DNA of 63,530 bases, counting the filler, from Bigelowiella natans CCMP2755 (taxonomy: Eukaryota; Protista; Cercozoa), in NCBI GenBank assembly GCA_000320545.1. It is 6 parts of 6 records of this genome, joined end to end, with 100 filler letters (N's around TTAATTAATTAA, not from the genome) between each part and the next. Parts side by side here need not be neighbours in the genome. Positions count along the whole stretch, not along the records: positions 1 to 26,132 come from ADNK01001528.1; 5 more parts are not named here. The stretch is one strand, 5' to 3'. Each line of letters starts with the position of its first letter. Position 1 is the stretch's first letter. The notes below the pieces were generated by a model, which saw nothing but the letters and a program-made list of their open reading frames with translations, was not told the DNA's origin and did not search any database. This document shows, one piece after another, positions 1-12,507 of this stretch. Both the position numbers and the translations under genes were made by a program.

Positions 1-173
1 CTGCTGCTGCTGCTGCTGCCGACTTGTATTGCTATTCACAAAACAATTCAAACTATTAATGCTGATGCCAACTGACGACCCCTCCCTCCTCCTCCTCCTC
101 CTCCTCCTCCTCCTCCTCCTCCTCCTCATTTCCTTCGCTCCTCATGCCCACATATCCACCACCCAATCCTCAG

Positions 174-546
174 GCAAGAGCCAGATAAAATCACAAGAGT
201 GGGTGTTGCTTCCGGCCTCGGAAGGAGACGAGGATGTAGCCATTGATAGGGGGTAATAACACGTAGATGTATACACCACCTCGCTTCGGCATATAATAAT
301 AATAATAATAATAATAATTGGAAAGTTACCGGTTGAAGAACTTGCAAGATTCACGCGTCTTTGCCTCCAACCCCCCCTCCCCCACGCACACCTCTTCCGT
401 GTTCTGATATCGATTCTCAAATTCAGGTGGTCAGATCCGGAGGACAGCACGTCAAAGAACCTATATCCTGCTATCCGAGCGCGTGTGAGAATTGCCAGAG
501 AGTATGGCTACTACGTGTACAACACGGTAACAATACATAGAAACAT

Positions 547-580
<34 letters not shown>

Positions 581-1044
581 TGCATCCACATATTGTAATT
601 CATATTACCTTCTTCATATCTGCGGATTCAATGTCCAAATTTTGCAAAGGTTTTAATAGTGCTGCTGATTACGCTAATGACTCTGGGGGCGATATGCTGT
701 CCTCCTGATGGTAGTTGTCAGTCGTTATGTGATGGAACTTGTCAGTCGCAATTGCAGTAGTAGCACGATACGAAGGAAGAGATAGCTGTCAGGGGGTGTC
801 AATATATAAACACAAAATAGCACTGCCCCCTCCTCCTCCTCCTTCTCCTCCTCCTACTACCATTTCCCTCCTTTATCATCATCATCATGCCACCATCTTC
901 TTCATCATCACTGCCATCCCACACGTCCGCCCCCCCCCAAATTGAAAAAAAGATATCGGTGACCGTTTGAACGTGACGTTGACGGTGATGCTTACCACTG
1001 TCGCAATCAAGTGGACGATCGATGAGAGGACACCTGCTGTTCCG

Positions 1045-1098
<54 letters not shown>

Positions 1099-1738
1099 CA
1101 ATCTAACAAAACAACGGCCGATGCAATTCCCAATGTTGACTTATCGTAATCGTACAAGCAAACAAATCCAAGAGGGATCTTTGAATTGTTTCTTCCCTTT
1201 CAACGTCCGATCCCCCCCTCTCCACCCCCCTCCCTGCTGATGCCTTGGACTTATCCTTTTCCTCCTTCTTCTTCTTGTTCTTCTTTTATCCTTCCTCTTT
1301 ACTAACAGCTACCAAACGCTCATGGACAAATTTCTTATCGGGCAGATGGTGTAAGTTGAGGGTGTATGTATGGTGAAGGGAAGGGGGGGGGAGGGGGGAG
1401 CAGTACAATACCCTTTCACACGTCGTAATCTCTCTTCTCTTTATGCTATACAGCATCATCTACATGATGTTCTTCTTCAATTGTGCGATTGCAAAGTTCT
1501 TGCTTCCACGAGTTGAGGCTGAAACGGTATGATGCATCTTCGCACGAACATAGAGCATAATGCTCGAGCAGCTTATTTTGCTCAGTGACTCTCCGTCTCC
1601 CCCCCCCCCCCTCTCCCCCCTCTCCACCTCTCCTCATTTTCCTCTCGTGTTTGGGGTTGATTACGATCGACGGGAAGTAGTTACAAGGACGGTGGTTGAA
1701 TTCGCAACACATCATGCGCGTACACATGCACACACTAT

Positions 1739-1778
<40 letters not shown>

Positions 1779-1930
1779 TATTATATCTTGCATTGTGCAA
1801 ATTGTTAATGATCAGGTGGAGTTCGTGGATGATATGTCAGCATTGATATGGATCTTCTGCTACATCTGTAATAACAATACGGAGTCGCACATCATCAGAT
1901 CTAAGCCTACAATAACTAACATACAAATGA

Positions 1931-1969
<39 letters not shown>

Positions 1970-2867
1970 ACTACAGGATTCAGCATGATCAATATAATAC
2001 CATCATCATCATCAGCAGCAGCAGCAGCATCATCACTTGTTGTTGTTTTTGTGAATTGTACAAACAACTGCATTGGTAGACGCAATTGTCTATCCCGGTT
2101 GGATGGCATATACAGCAAGATTCAGCAGCATGCCGGTTCGTCCCTCCCCCCCCCCTCTCTGAGACGCAAAGAAACGAAGGACTGCGCTCCTCTCCCTCTC
2201 CCTCCCCCCCCCCTCTTTCTCTCTTTCTCTCCATGATTCGTCAGATTTAATAGCGGGTTCGTCGTAGCATGAAAATTCGACCATGTATATGATGGGATGT
2301 GCAGAGAATGTGGGAACCTGGAGAAGCAAGCCAATGCTACCGTGCTTTGGCGCAGCCAATTCTTATGCCTCTGTTGTGTGCTTGCGGTGTTGGACTACTT
2401 CAGATTATCCCTGTGGGCTATCTGCAGCACCCACACCTCCTCGATTGCGTCGTCCCAAGCTCATACAAAAAAGGTCATATTAACATATATATGTACATGT
2501 TTATTTATATCATGCATCTATTAGTGTGTGTATATATTTGATATTGCTGGGTGGAGAGCCATAGCGGAAGGGGGTATTATTGTCTTTGTTTCCTGTGCCT
2601 ATATACTTACGTTATACAGCTCTATTTGTAAAATACACACGCACACACGCATGTACACACACAACTGATATAAGGCTTTGAAGACTGTGTGCTGGTTGAT
2701 CACCAATTCTGTATAAAAAAGGACTGCTTCCTTTTGCTTTATTTCCCCCTTATCATCGCTGCATCTTCTCCCCCCCTCCTCCTACCTTCTTCCCTCTCAC
2801 AGGTTTAAAGCCCGAGAAGAGTGGCAAAGGCGAGATTAACCATCCCAAGACTATATCAGAGGAGTAG
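174..2867 (+). CDS. Pentameric ligand-gated ion channel subunit (pLGIC / Cys-loop superfamily), multi-exon, 5' end outside window
   Basis: Phase-compatible GT-AG exons (~428-526, 650-710, 953-1042, 1310-1350, 1454-1526, 1816-) give YPAIRARVRIAREYGYYVYNT-VLIVLLITLMTLGAICCPPD-DIGDRLNVTLTVMLTTVAIKWTIDERTPAVP-YQTLMDKFLIGQMV-IIYMMFFFNCAIAKFL...DDMSALIWIFCYI. This matches the pLGIC pre-M1 R..GYY motif, M1, M2, the M2-M3 loop (P.xY.T..D) and M3/M4. The terminal exon (~2803-2867) is tentative. Confidence 0.8.
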
Positions 2868-3521
2868 AGAAGATGAGGCGGAAAAATGCTGAAAGATGAA
2901 ATACAAACGATTAAGTTTGGCAGACATAATACCCCCAAAATAACCCAATTTGTGAGCAGCTTTGCGCTGAGATATTTCTAGATTTGTTCGCAGTAGAGTC
3001 TTGGATAATCACATGATGGAGTACCTTTTGTGGCCTGCAGCAACATGTGCATGCATTCCTAATTGTTGATGCCGTATGCACGTACAACGGCGCAGGTAGC
3101 AGGTATATGTGGAACTACAGCTCGCCAAAATCTCATTTTCTTGCCGCAAATCTGACGTGTTGCCTGTTCGAATATGCACATCACTGCGCATGCGATCGCG
3201 CCGCACAGCAGGAGCAACGCTGAAGTCGAAAATCTGACTTGCTAGCTTGGTCAGTCGATCTATCGAGAACTGTGATCAGCACGTTTTAGCAGACGCACAT
3301 GAGCAAACAATGCAATAGAGTTAGTCGAGCTGTCTAGCTGTCGCGCACGATCATACAGAGCGTTGCCAGAAAATGTGAAGACTTGTTTCCTATAACAACT
3401 ATACATTAAGAGCATTGTAAGCACCCAATAACACACTACAGCATACATGCTACGATGATGGCTAGCTAGTTTGAACAAGCCACGCCCTTCTTTCCGCAAC
3501 ACGCTTGCCACCGTTTTTTTG

Positions 3522-3565
3522 ACCACTACTTCAAACTAGTGGTACCACTACTTCAAACTAGTGGT
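3522..3565. repeat. Exact 2 x 22-bp tandem repeat; each unit is a hairpin (ACCACTA-cttcaaac-TAGTGGT)
   Basis: Read directly: accactacttcaaactagtggt occurs twice back to back. Confidence 0.9.
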
Positions 3566-3701
3566 AATAATAACTGCGATGATGGCACGGGAGGTGGATC
3601 GAAAGAAAGATGATTCGACCCGGCTTGCCCTCCTCCCTATGTGAAGTTGCAACAGAATAAAGACAAGATGCTTATGTGATGCTTATGTACATGCTCTCCT
3701 C

Positions 3702-5513
3702 TCATCTTGATCCGTGAGGTATGACGGCATTATTCGCTCTAGCGAGAATAGCTCTCATAATCTCTGCAAGCCCCATTGGGATGGTGCCGTCGCCTCCATC
3801 GTCGTCATCGTCGTCCTTCTCCTCTTCCATGGTATCTTCGTCAGGTAGCGTTTCCACCAACTTCTTATCGTGTTGGATCTCATTCACCCATTTTGCAGGA
3901 CTCATGGAAAGCACGTTGCTGTCGCTCAGGTACTGCCCTGCTCTCCACCCCCCCATAAACACCATATGTGTGCCGTACACTCCACAGATATGATACGCTC
4001 GTGGCCCCGGTACCCGACCGCGCTGTTTCTTGGGATACCGCCATTTCATCGTGGTGAGATCGAGCAGCCGGAGATTATTCGTGAATCGAATACCTGAGTT
4101 TCCCCAGTGTTCCTCCTCCTCCTCCTCCTCCTCCTCTCCCCCCCCTCTGCAGTAGTGATGGCCTCCAAAGAACAGGACGTGCGCCTCATCCAGCATCATG
4201 CACGATGCGCCTCTTCCGAGAACCCTCTTCGTATCCCCAATCGAGTGCTTGAACTCGAGCTTCCTCCATTCCATTCGCTTCAAATCCAAACTGTAGCCGT
4301 CGTCGAAATCTTCCCCCCCCCTCGCTATCCCATTGCCTGAGCCGCCCCCAAACACGAACAGCTTTGCGGTACCCTGCGATGCAGAGAAAATCATCCGATG
4401 CGCATTCCTCGCGGACGGAACGCTTCCTTTTGAATCGATTCGGCTAAACTTCCAGGTCTTAATGTCCAAGAAGAACAGCTCGTCAGAGGGCCCATGCGGG
4501 CCATTACCACCATGGATCGCCAGAACGCCTGCCGGATGCGCCTCCTTCCAGTCGTCGAGGCCTGGGGCGTTGGCGGGAATGAACGCGGCAGCATGAAATC
4601 CGCGATACGGCGCTCTGTTTGCGGTCATCGGGGTGGACCATGACCACTTGTTCGCAGCTTCGTCGTCGTTGTTTGGCGTGTAGGTTAAGATCATCAGAGA
4701 GCTCAGAATCGCGCTGTACCCACCTCGGCACATTCCGCCGTACACCAAAATCCTGTGCTCGTCAATGAGAGTCGCGGTGTGCCCGTACATCGGGGGGGGG
4801 GAATCGCCGGAGGGCTTGACAGCCTTCCATTCGAGGCGGCTGTGGGTGGTCGGGTCCTCTAGGCCCGCGCACTCCAACATCATTACATCGTTGCAAGGTC
4901 CGCGGTTTATCCACCCAGCTACTGCCACGCACATCGACCCCATCATGCAGCAAGCAGACATCTCGCGGCCAGAATTGTACGGCAGTCGAGTGCTGATAAT
5001 ACGTCTCTCCCTCCACAGAACCTCCTTCAGCTCGAACATGACCCTCATTTCGAGAAACACTGTTCGCCAATCCACCTGCTGATTGCGCCGTTTTCCGGCG
5101 TCGCTCATTGCAGTGCAGAGAGAGCGAGTGCCGGGCTCGAACCATTCAGCGATCATAGCTTGCCAAAGCTTTCCATGGGAGACGAGTGATAGGTACTCCT
5201 TCGAGACGCAGGATAGTTTGATGATCTCGCGAACCTCCAAGAACATGAACACTGTTACATGGACGTCCATATTCAATCTTTCGAACAGGCTCGATCGCTG
5301 GCGCTTCAGAGCGGGGGGAGCTGATGTTTGAAGACAGAAATCAGCCAGAGAACCACGTAATTCGCAACAGATGACGGATATTTGTGCAGCAGAGCTTACG
5401 CCTAGACTTACTAATCGTGCATTCTTTGGCATCAGGATCGAGCTGGCTCCAGGATCTTTGTTCGGTGCTAGCAGTCCGGGTCCTGGTGAAGTCGGAGGAA
5501 AAGAAGTTCTTCA
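3702..5513 (-). CDS. F-box + Kelch-repeat protein
   Basis: The 576-aa ORF has an F-box (LNMDVHVTVFMFLEVREIIKLSCVSKEYLSL...LW) followed by Kelch repeats (GHTATLIDEHRILVYGG, SARNAH..LFVFGG, PRAYH..MVFMGG). The true start is probably ATG 5513 with one intron at ~5397-5323; ORF start 5432 is the alternative. Confidence 0.85.
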
Positions 5514-6571
5514 TCGCATCACAGGAACCAAGTCGGTTTGGGTGGTGGAGGACAGTGGGGTTGGAACGCCCTCCTTCTGGTAGCTCTCAGTTTCGAGGTG
5601 AATCGAAGGGGATTTCATCGAAAAGACAACAGAATGAAACGAATTTCTACGGAAAGGGGGACAGCCTCCATGCACATGGAGGCTGAGCTTTTCAGGGGAA
5701 TTGGCTGGTCGCGTGATGCCTCAAAACCGCCTGGTTGCTGCTTTGCGTCCGCATCATGATCCCATTTCAATCGCTTCGATTGGAATTGCTTCATTCATTC
5801 AATTCGCTCGTTTAAAGTTTTCGCCACCGTGTCCTGTTCTGAGTGTCCATTCATTCGAAGCAAGGAGCGCCAGGGCAGACAGGCGGCGGTGCATCGCCCT
5901 AGCCAGGCTAAGCAGGTCCAGCAAGCCAGTGCCAGAGTTCGTGCGCACGTCTAGACGTGCACCAGGTCGAATGCTGTGCGTGTGCACGCCGCTAGCTGCT
6001 AGCTAGGGTTTGGTTGATTTTCTGTTTTTGACTGCTGCGTGCACGCTGGCGTGCGTCCAGACATCCGCTGGTGCTGGCTAGTTGGCGGTCACTACACGCG
6101 CTCGTTCGACAATGCACGTGAGAACACCTTGCTAAGCTTGTACCGCCACAACGCGATGAAGAAGATTGCTCACATGCTCATTGCATTGCTTCATGATTCA
6201 TTCCTGTGATTGCACGTGTTGCTCGTCAGTCACGCGCACGTGCGCATCCGCCTGCACCAACAAGTGCAGGTGCATTGCGCTAGTGCGTGCGGCGGATGAG
6301 CGCACGCTTGCTAGCTTGCATGCATATGCTCACACTGCAACGCACACATGTCTCTGGAATCTCTGATTGGAGCCAAAGCATCATGCGCACATCTAGACAT
6401 GTGCCCACGTGGCACACACATGCTCTCACATGTTCTCACACAACGTGCATTGGTGGTCCAGACTGACCACAGTTGTTCAGCATGTGTCGTTGCAATGTGC
6501 TTGTTCATTCATTTTACATGACGCTACCGGAACGTTCGAATTCCGCACTACGCATGCCATACATGCGTTTA

Positions 6572-6611
<40 letters not shown>

Positions 6612-6736
6612 ACACACACATATATATGGCCTCCTCTCAGTAGTTCATCCAGTTGCACTTCGCATCCATCCACTGCCTTAATATCTAAAACCAGATAACA
6701 AGCACCGTATCAGCTTTCCGTAAACATAGGAAACTT

Positions 6737-7128
6737 TCAATTGGCTCTCAAACACGACGCAATGGAGCTGAAGATTAGTTCGAAATCCTTTGTTTTGAAC
6801 GTGTGAGTGAAAGGGGGGGGGGAGGGTGAGTGATGGCGGTCTGCTCTGCTCGTGGTGGCAGGAGTGGTAGTATTGAAGTAGAAAAGTTACGTACATCCCA
6901 GAAGGAGTAAACTGTTGCGTTGTCCTCGCTCCTCCGATTCCTAGAGAGTGGAAGTAAGAGCAGGATGAAGTGGGGCGGGGAGGATAGAAATCGATGCAGA
7001 ATCCAGATATTATCACGAGGATAAGATGTCAATACATATGCTGTGGTAGATTCCTACTTTCGGTTTTAAAAAAATGATATGAAGTCGGAGATAAAAGAAC
7101 TATTGTCTGTAGAGGCGAGTCGTGACAC

Positions 7129-7167
<39 letters not shown>

Positions 7168-8989
7168 TTGATTCAGTTTTCTTGTTTCAATCGAGCCTCC
7201 TCACCCGATACGCAAAATCCTTACGTTCCAATTCTTTATCGTCTGCTTTATCTCTGCCCCCTATGGGTGGGGGCAACAGAGACGGACAGAAATTATTAGA
7301 GAGAGAAGAAGATAACGGGAGGGAGGGAGGGAGGGAGAGAAAGGAAGCATTCATACTTAGACATCAATTATGTAATCGTTCTACTGCTGCTGCTACTAAT
7401 ACACCTCCCGCGCTAGGTGGAATCCACGAACCCTCTCGAATATCTAGGTATCACAACATCCAACATGGACAAATAAACAACCGATTGGGTGCGAAGGATC
7501 AGGAGAGCGAAGGAGAAGAAACGACAAATGGAAAAAAGAGGGGATGCAGTCGCTGCTAACCGAACAACATCGATGGTTTTCTCGCGCCCATCTGCCGTGG
7601 AAGGCGCGAATATGGACAACCAATATATTATAAGTACACACGTTCCCATTTGTTATCATCGTTATCGTTGTCGAGGGGCGGCAGCAGCTATGAAGGCACC
7701 ATCACCGTTCTTACAACTGGGTAGATGTGTGCAGCTTTTGTGCATTCATTTATTTATTCATGTATATGTCCTGAACGACCTCTGCTGGGGTGCTGAAGGG
7801 ATATTCGTCAAACTGCCATTTCTGACCGGAAGCAAACACCGCCACAACCTACGTCGCATCGGGGGGAAAGAGAAGAAAGAGATGAAAGAGAGAGAGAGAG
7901 TAAATTATAAGTTGGGTGACACTTGCATTATTATCTCAAGTCATTAATGTACTTACTGTCTGTTTGCCTCTTCTTTGTTCTGTTATACTACTGCTACTAC
8001 CGCTATTACTCCTCCTCCTCCTCCTACCCCCCCCTCCTCCTACTTCTATTACTACTACTACTACTACTACTTCTACTACCTGGTGCCAGTCTTGGTAGGA
8101 GAGCATCTTAGGATCATCGACGACCAAGAAAAGAGTCTACGTGATTTGTACGTACGTGCGTGTGTGTGTGTGCGCGTGTGTGCGCGCGCGTGTATCTGAA
8201 ATAGTGATTGTTTGATGACGATATGCAATGATGATGATGATCGTGGGTATGTAGGCTTGTCGTCAAGGTATTGTTTAATAACACGCAACGAGGGACTACT
8301 CGCTTGTTGTACGTTCATGATATATCAGGAAATTGCCCGTAGATTGACCTGTCGGCCGGCCTTTTTGAAGCTGTCGCGATGAACCTTCTCTGGCATCTTG
8401 AGCTTATTCTCCATGCTTCTGCGAATGGAGGAGGGGGGGGGGGGGAGAAAGGCAGATTTTTTAAGACGGTGATGTTGTAAGGTAGGATAACCGCAGATGG
8501 CTCATACATGTGCTGACGACATCTACTACCTTCTCGCCTCGTTGCTCGAAACGAATTTCTTATCTGAGAGAAGAATCGTGATTATCATTATTAAGCCTGC
8601 AGCTCAGTACGCATGGCCTCCCACAACACAACAGCGAGCAGCATGTACTTACTAGAGAATCTATCATTTTTAAATATGGGTTGTTCCGAACATCGCTTCA
8701 TCAATAGCACTCACTCACTCATCCAATCAATCATCATCATTGTTGGGTCGATGATCAATTGATTGATTGATGCCTTATCCGTCTCGCTCTATTTTTTTTT
8801 TTAATGTGCCTCACACGACGGTACCATGCATTTCCCCCTCCTCTTCTACTTCTCTACTACAACAACTACTACAATTGCTACTACTACTACTACTACTACT
8901 ACTACTATTACTACTACTGCCACTCACGTTCGAGGAAGAGACGAGCGTTCCACTTTGTAATCAATGCTGTGAAAAGCATTTTTGTCACA

Positions 8990-9027
<38 letters not shown>

Positions 9028-9508
9028 CGGACTGTATGCACGCTTTGCTTACTTGCTCAGTGTGATGTTGCTATATATGAATAACACGTGTACTATGCAT
9101 GGGATATGTCATGTCGTCGGCATCTTCACATGTGACAACCTGACATTCCCTTTGGAACCAGAATTATTGGTACCCACCTGAGAGACAGAGAGAAAGAGAG
9201 AGGGGGGGGGGGGGGAGAAGCAAGATGATTCCGTCCTTCGTTCAAACGACGAGACAGTAGTCCCATCTTCTTCTTCTTTTTCTTCTTCTTGTTCTTCTCC
9301 ATGTTATTTTATGTTATTGCAAGTACGGTGCAGGTGCCAGGCATTTCTTGGGCAGGTATCTCTTCGGCTCTGAATGCAGGAGGGAGAGGACGTTTTAACT
9401 GACAGTGAGGAATGCTGCTGCAACTACGTGGTCAGAATGATGATGGGAGGATGATCACGATGAAGCAACCTTGGGTCATGACGATAATTGTATGTGTATA
9501 TGCGTGTG

Positions 9509-9547
<39 letters not shown>

Positions 9548-9923
9548 CGTGTGCTACGGACCTATTGCCTTTGGCTTCGACTTTGTAGCGACGCTACTTT
9601 GTGATCATATCTTACAAACAGAAGGATGATGATAAGGAGGAGGAGGAGGAGGAGGAGGAGGAGGAGGAGGAAGGGGAGGAGGAAGGGGAGGAGGAGCTCT
9701 CACAAAACGTTGTCATTTTTTCTCATCATCATCATTAATATGTAAGTGCGAGGTTATAATACTTTACCTTAGCTTGATGCTGTTGTGGTGGTTATACCCA
9801 GAACTAGAGGAATCTGCACGCAGTAACGTCATCGGTCTCAATATATCATCATCGTAGTTTTGAGTTGTTGGGAATTATTCTCTCTAAGATAAGGAATTGT
9901 TTCGGGTAACATGTAGGCTGTGT

Positions 9924-10017
<94 letters not shown>

Positions 10018-11118
10018 CACACACATAATGCACCGTGTTTCTATGTAGCATTATTGCGAGTGATAAATTGTCTTTTCTGATTTTGCTCATATTGGATGTG
10101 TGGGAGGGGGGAGGACCTTTTTTATGCCTTTTAGCGTTTAGTCTGTCGTCTCCCTTCTTCTTCCTCCTCTTCATCTGTTCCTCCGCCTGCCGTTTCTTAC
10201 GTTGCTTCTCCTTCTGCTCCCTCTCCCACCGAACGTTGATCTCCTGCAACATATTTGGATCAGGGGGGGGGGTGGGGGATGATCGGTGGACGGCACATCG
10301 CCCATCATCTTGGGGTAGGACATTCACACATCAATTTCTGGAGAGAACCAACAAAAGCAGCCAGCAGCAGCAAAGCAAGAAAAGCCTAGTTCTCTAGAGG
10401 TTGAAAGGACACAACAACCGACCTCCTTTATCTTCTTGAACATCTCGCCAACGTTGGCAAAGGATTTGATTGGATGGCTGTAAAGGTGAAGGGGGGGGGT
10501 GGGAATATCCATATAACTTTCAAATCGAGGCAAAGTGTAACTGCTTAGAAGATAAAACACAACCCCACTCTTAACCCCTTTGTTACCCCTGAAGAGAGCA
10601 ATGTATAGCTTGCCACACACACAGAAGATAGAAATACACCATCATCGACAAAACTTCACATATTATTACTGTACCATGCCGATGATTTATGTTACACAAG
10701 AAGTCTAAGAAGGTGACTCCCCCTCCTCCTCCTCTCCTACTACTGTTGCTGCATTCAAGGCACATCATTCGAAAGCTACCTGAGCATAGAATTGCGGTCG
10801 GTGATAAGGCGTTCCTGCCGCATGATCTGCACTCCCATTGGCTCGTTCTGTACAGATAGAGGAAGGGAGCGATGGGGAAAGGAAGCCGTAAGAAAAAGAA
10901 CAAAGTTCTAGCTATTGGTCATGATTATGCTTTCGCCAAGGCAGGCAAAACATTGAAACCTGGAAGAAAACTGAAATGGTAAAATAAATGACCAATGCAT
11001 GCGCATGGAATAGTTTAAACGCACCTCAATCGCAACTGCGTCCTTGCCTTCATCATCCTGCAGCCTTTCATCTGTTGACTCGCCGATTAATTTCTGAGGT
11101 GTACGTTATCCGCATGCG

Positions 11119-11181
<63 letters not shown>

Positions 11182-12225
11182 GGATCCACAAAATCGTCCA
11201 TCGCCCATGCGATTTGACTCATATACGAGTTCGAATACTGTTTGATTTGTTGATACAATCTTTTCTTCTTGCTATTTTTTCCCTAAGTCTCTCCCCTTTG
11301 AAGTACGTACGCTCTCATCGAGCTCCGTAGCTTTATCGATCCTCCCCTCCAGATATTCCCTTAGTTTTCCGAATTCCAGACGGACAACCTGAGAGAAGAT
11401 GAAGATGCGAGAAAAATGTTGGGTAAGGAAAAATGGCTAGAAGAATTGCAGAATTGCTAGGAGAATCGCGTGGTTTCCTGCGCGGAAACAGGAGCCAATC
11501 TGTCATGGACTTTTTGAAGTTATGGGAGAGATTTGTGGTTTTACGGCCTAATGGCTGTTGTTACCCTATTAATCTTCTTCTCCGTGCAGAGTTTCTGGTA
11601 CTTCCCGTAGCTTTTAGTAGCTAGTTCGACGTTTTGGATGAAAAATACTATCGAGAGAAGGTCCCTATGCCGGCCCTTTCCCTAAGAAGAATATAGCGTT
11701 ATAACAAATAATAAAGCAGTGGCGATACTTCCTCTTCTTCCCGCCCCCTCCTTTCCACCCTCTCCCCCTCTCGACAAAACCGCAGTACAGGTCTCCTTCA
11801 CGACCTCCTCTCTTCAGTCCCCTTCCCGCCCCTTTCCTATTCCAATTTGCCTTAGGTACCTTCCTCCCCCTCCATGCTGTTTTGTCTTTCGCCCCGTAAG
11901 TCGCATCCCCAATCTTTATGGTTCGGTTCTGAGGACAAGGATAGTGAGTGAGTGAGTGAGCGCGAAACAATTAATGGCCTCCGCTCCCAGGACAGAAGTG
12001 AACCTCAAACTCACCGACTCAATCTTGACTTCCGCAAGCCTACCGTCAATTACAAACTTGCGCAGAGCGCTAAGGGGGTCGACTGGGGGGGAGAATGGGG
12101 AGAGAATTGAATGAAGCTGTCAGTGCCATGTTGGAGAAATAAGATTCTCCGTGCGCCCTTCACCCAGCCTCCTTCCCTGATCAACCCCTCTGCGGAAACT
12201 ATGGGATGGTTCTACCTCTACTCAT
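6737..12225 (-). CDS. CDC73: Cdc73 / parafibromin (PAF1 complex subunit), many exons
   Basis: Exons give MSR-VDPLSALRKF, DLLSIVFFIQNVEL, KLREYLEG, IMRQERLITDRNSML, WVPIILVP, VVDDPKMLSYQDWHQ-VVAVFASGQKWQFDEYPF, IFERVRGFHL and IKNWNVRILRI, matching the Cdc73 N- and C-terminal domains in order. The stop position is tentative. Confidence 0.88.
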
Positions 12226-12507
12226 AGCTCTTCCTGTGCGTGTTTGAGGAGGGGGGCGTGTGGTTGTTCAACAGGTCGCTTATGTGTGTGAGAGAGAGCA
12301 GCCGTGAGAAAGGGCGAGCTGAAGGTTTGAAGACTAGCGGGAACTGTGCAAATGGATCAATATTTATCCATAGAATATCTTAGAAGTATGATTAATAGTC
12401 CTGGAAAAAACGTTCTGCTAAAGATAGCAATTTGCATAATGCTCTGCATGATAGGGTATTTATTGGGATATTTTCTCGATGAAAATTTTACGCAAATTAC
12501 GAGCGCA

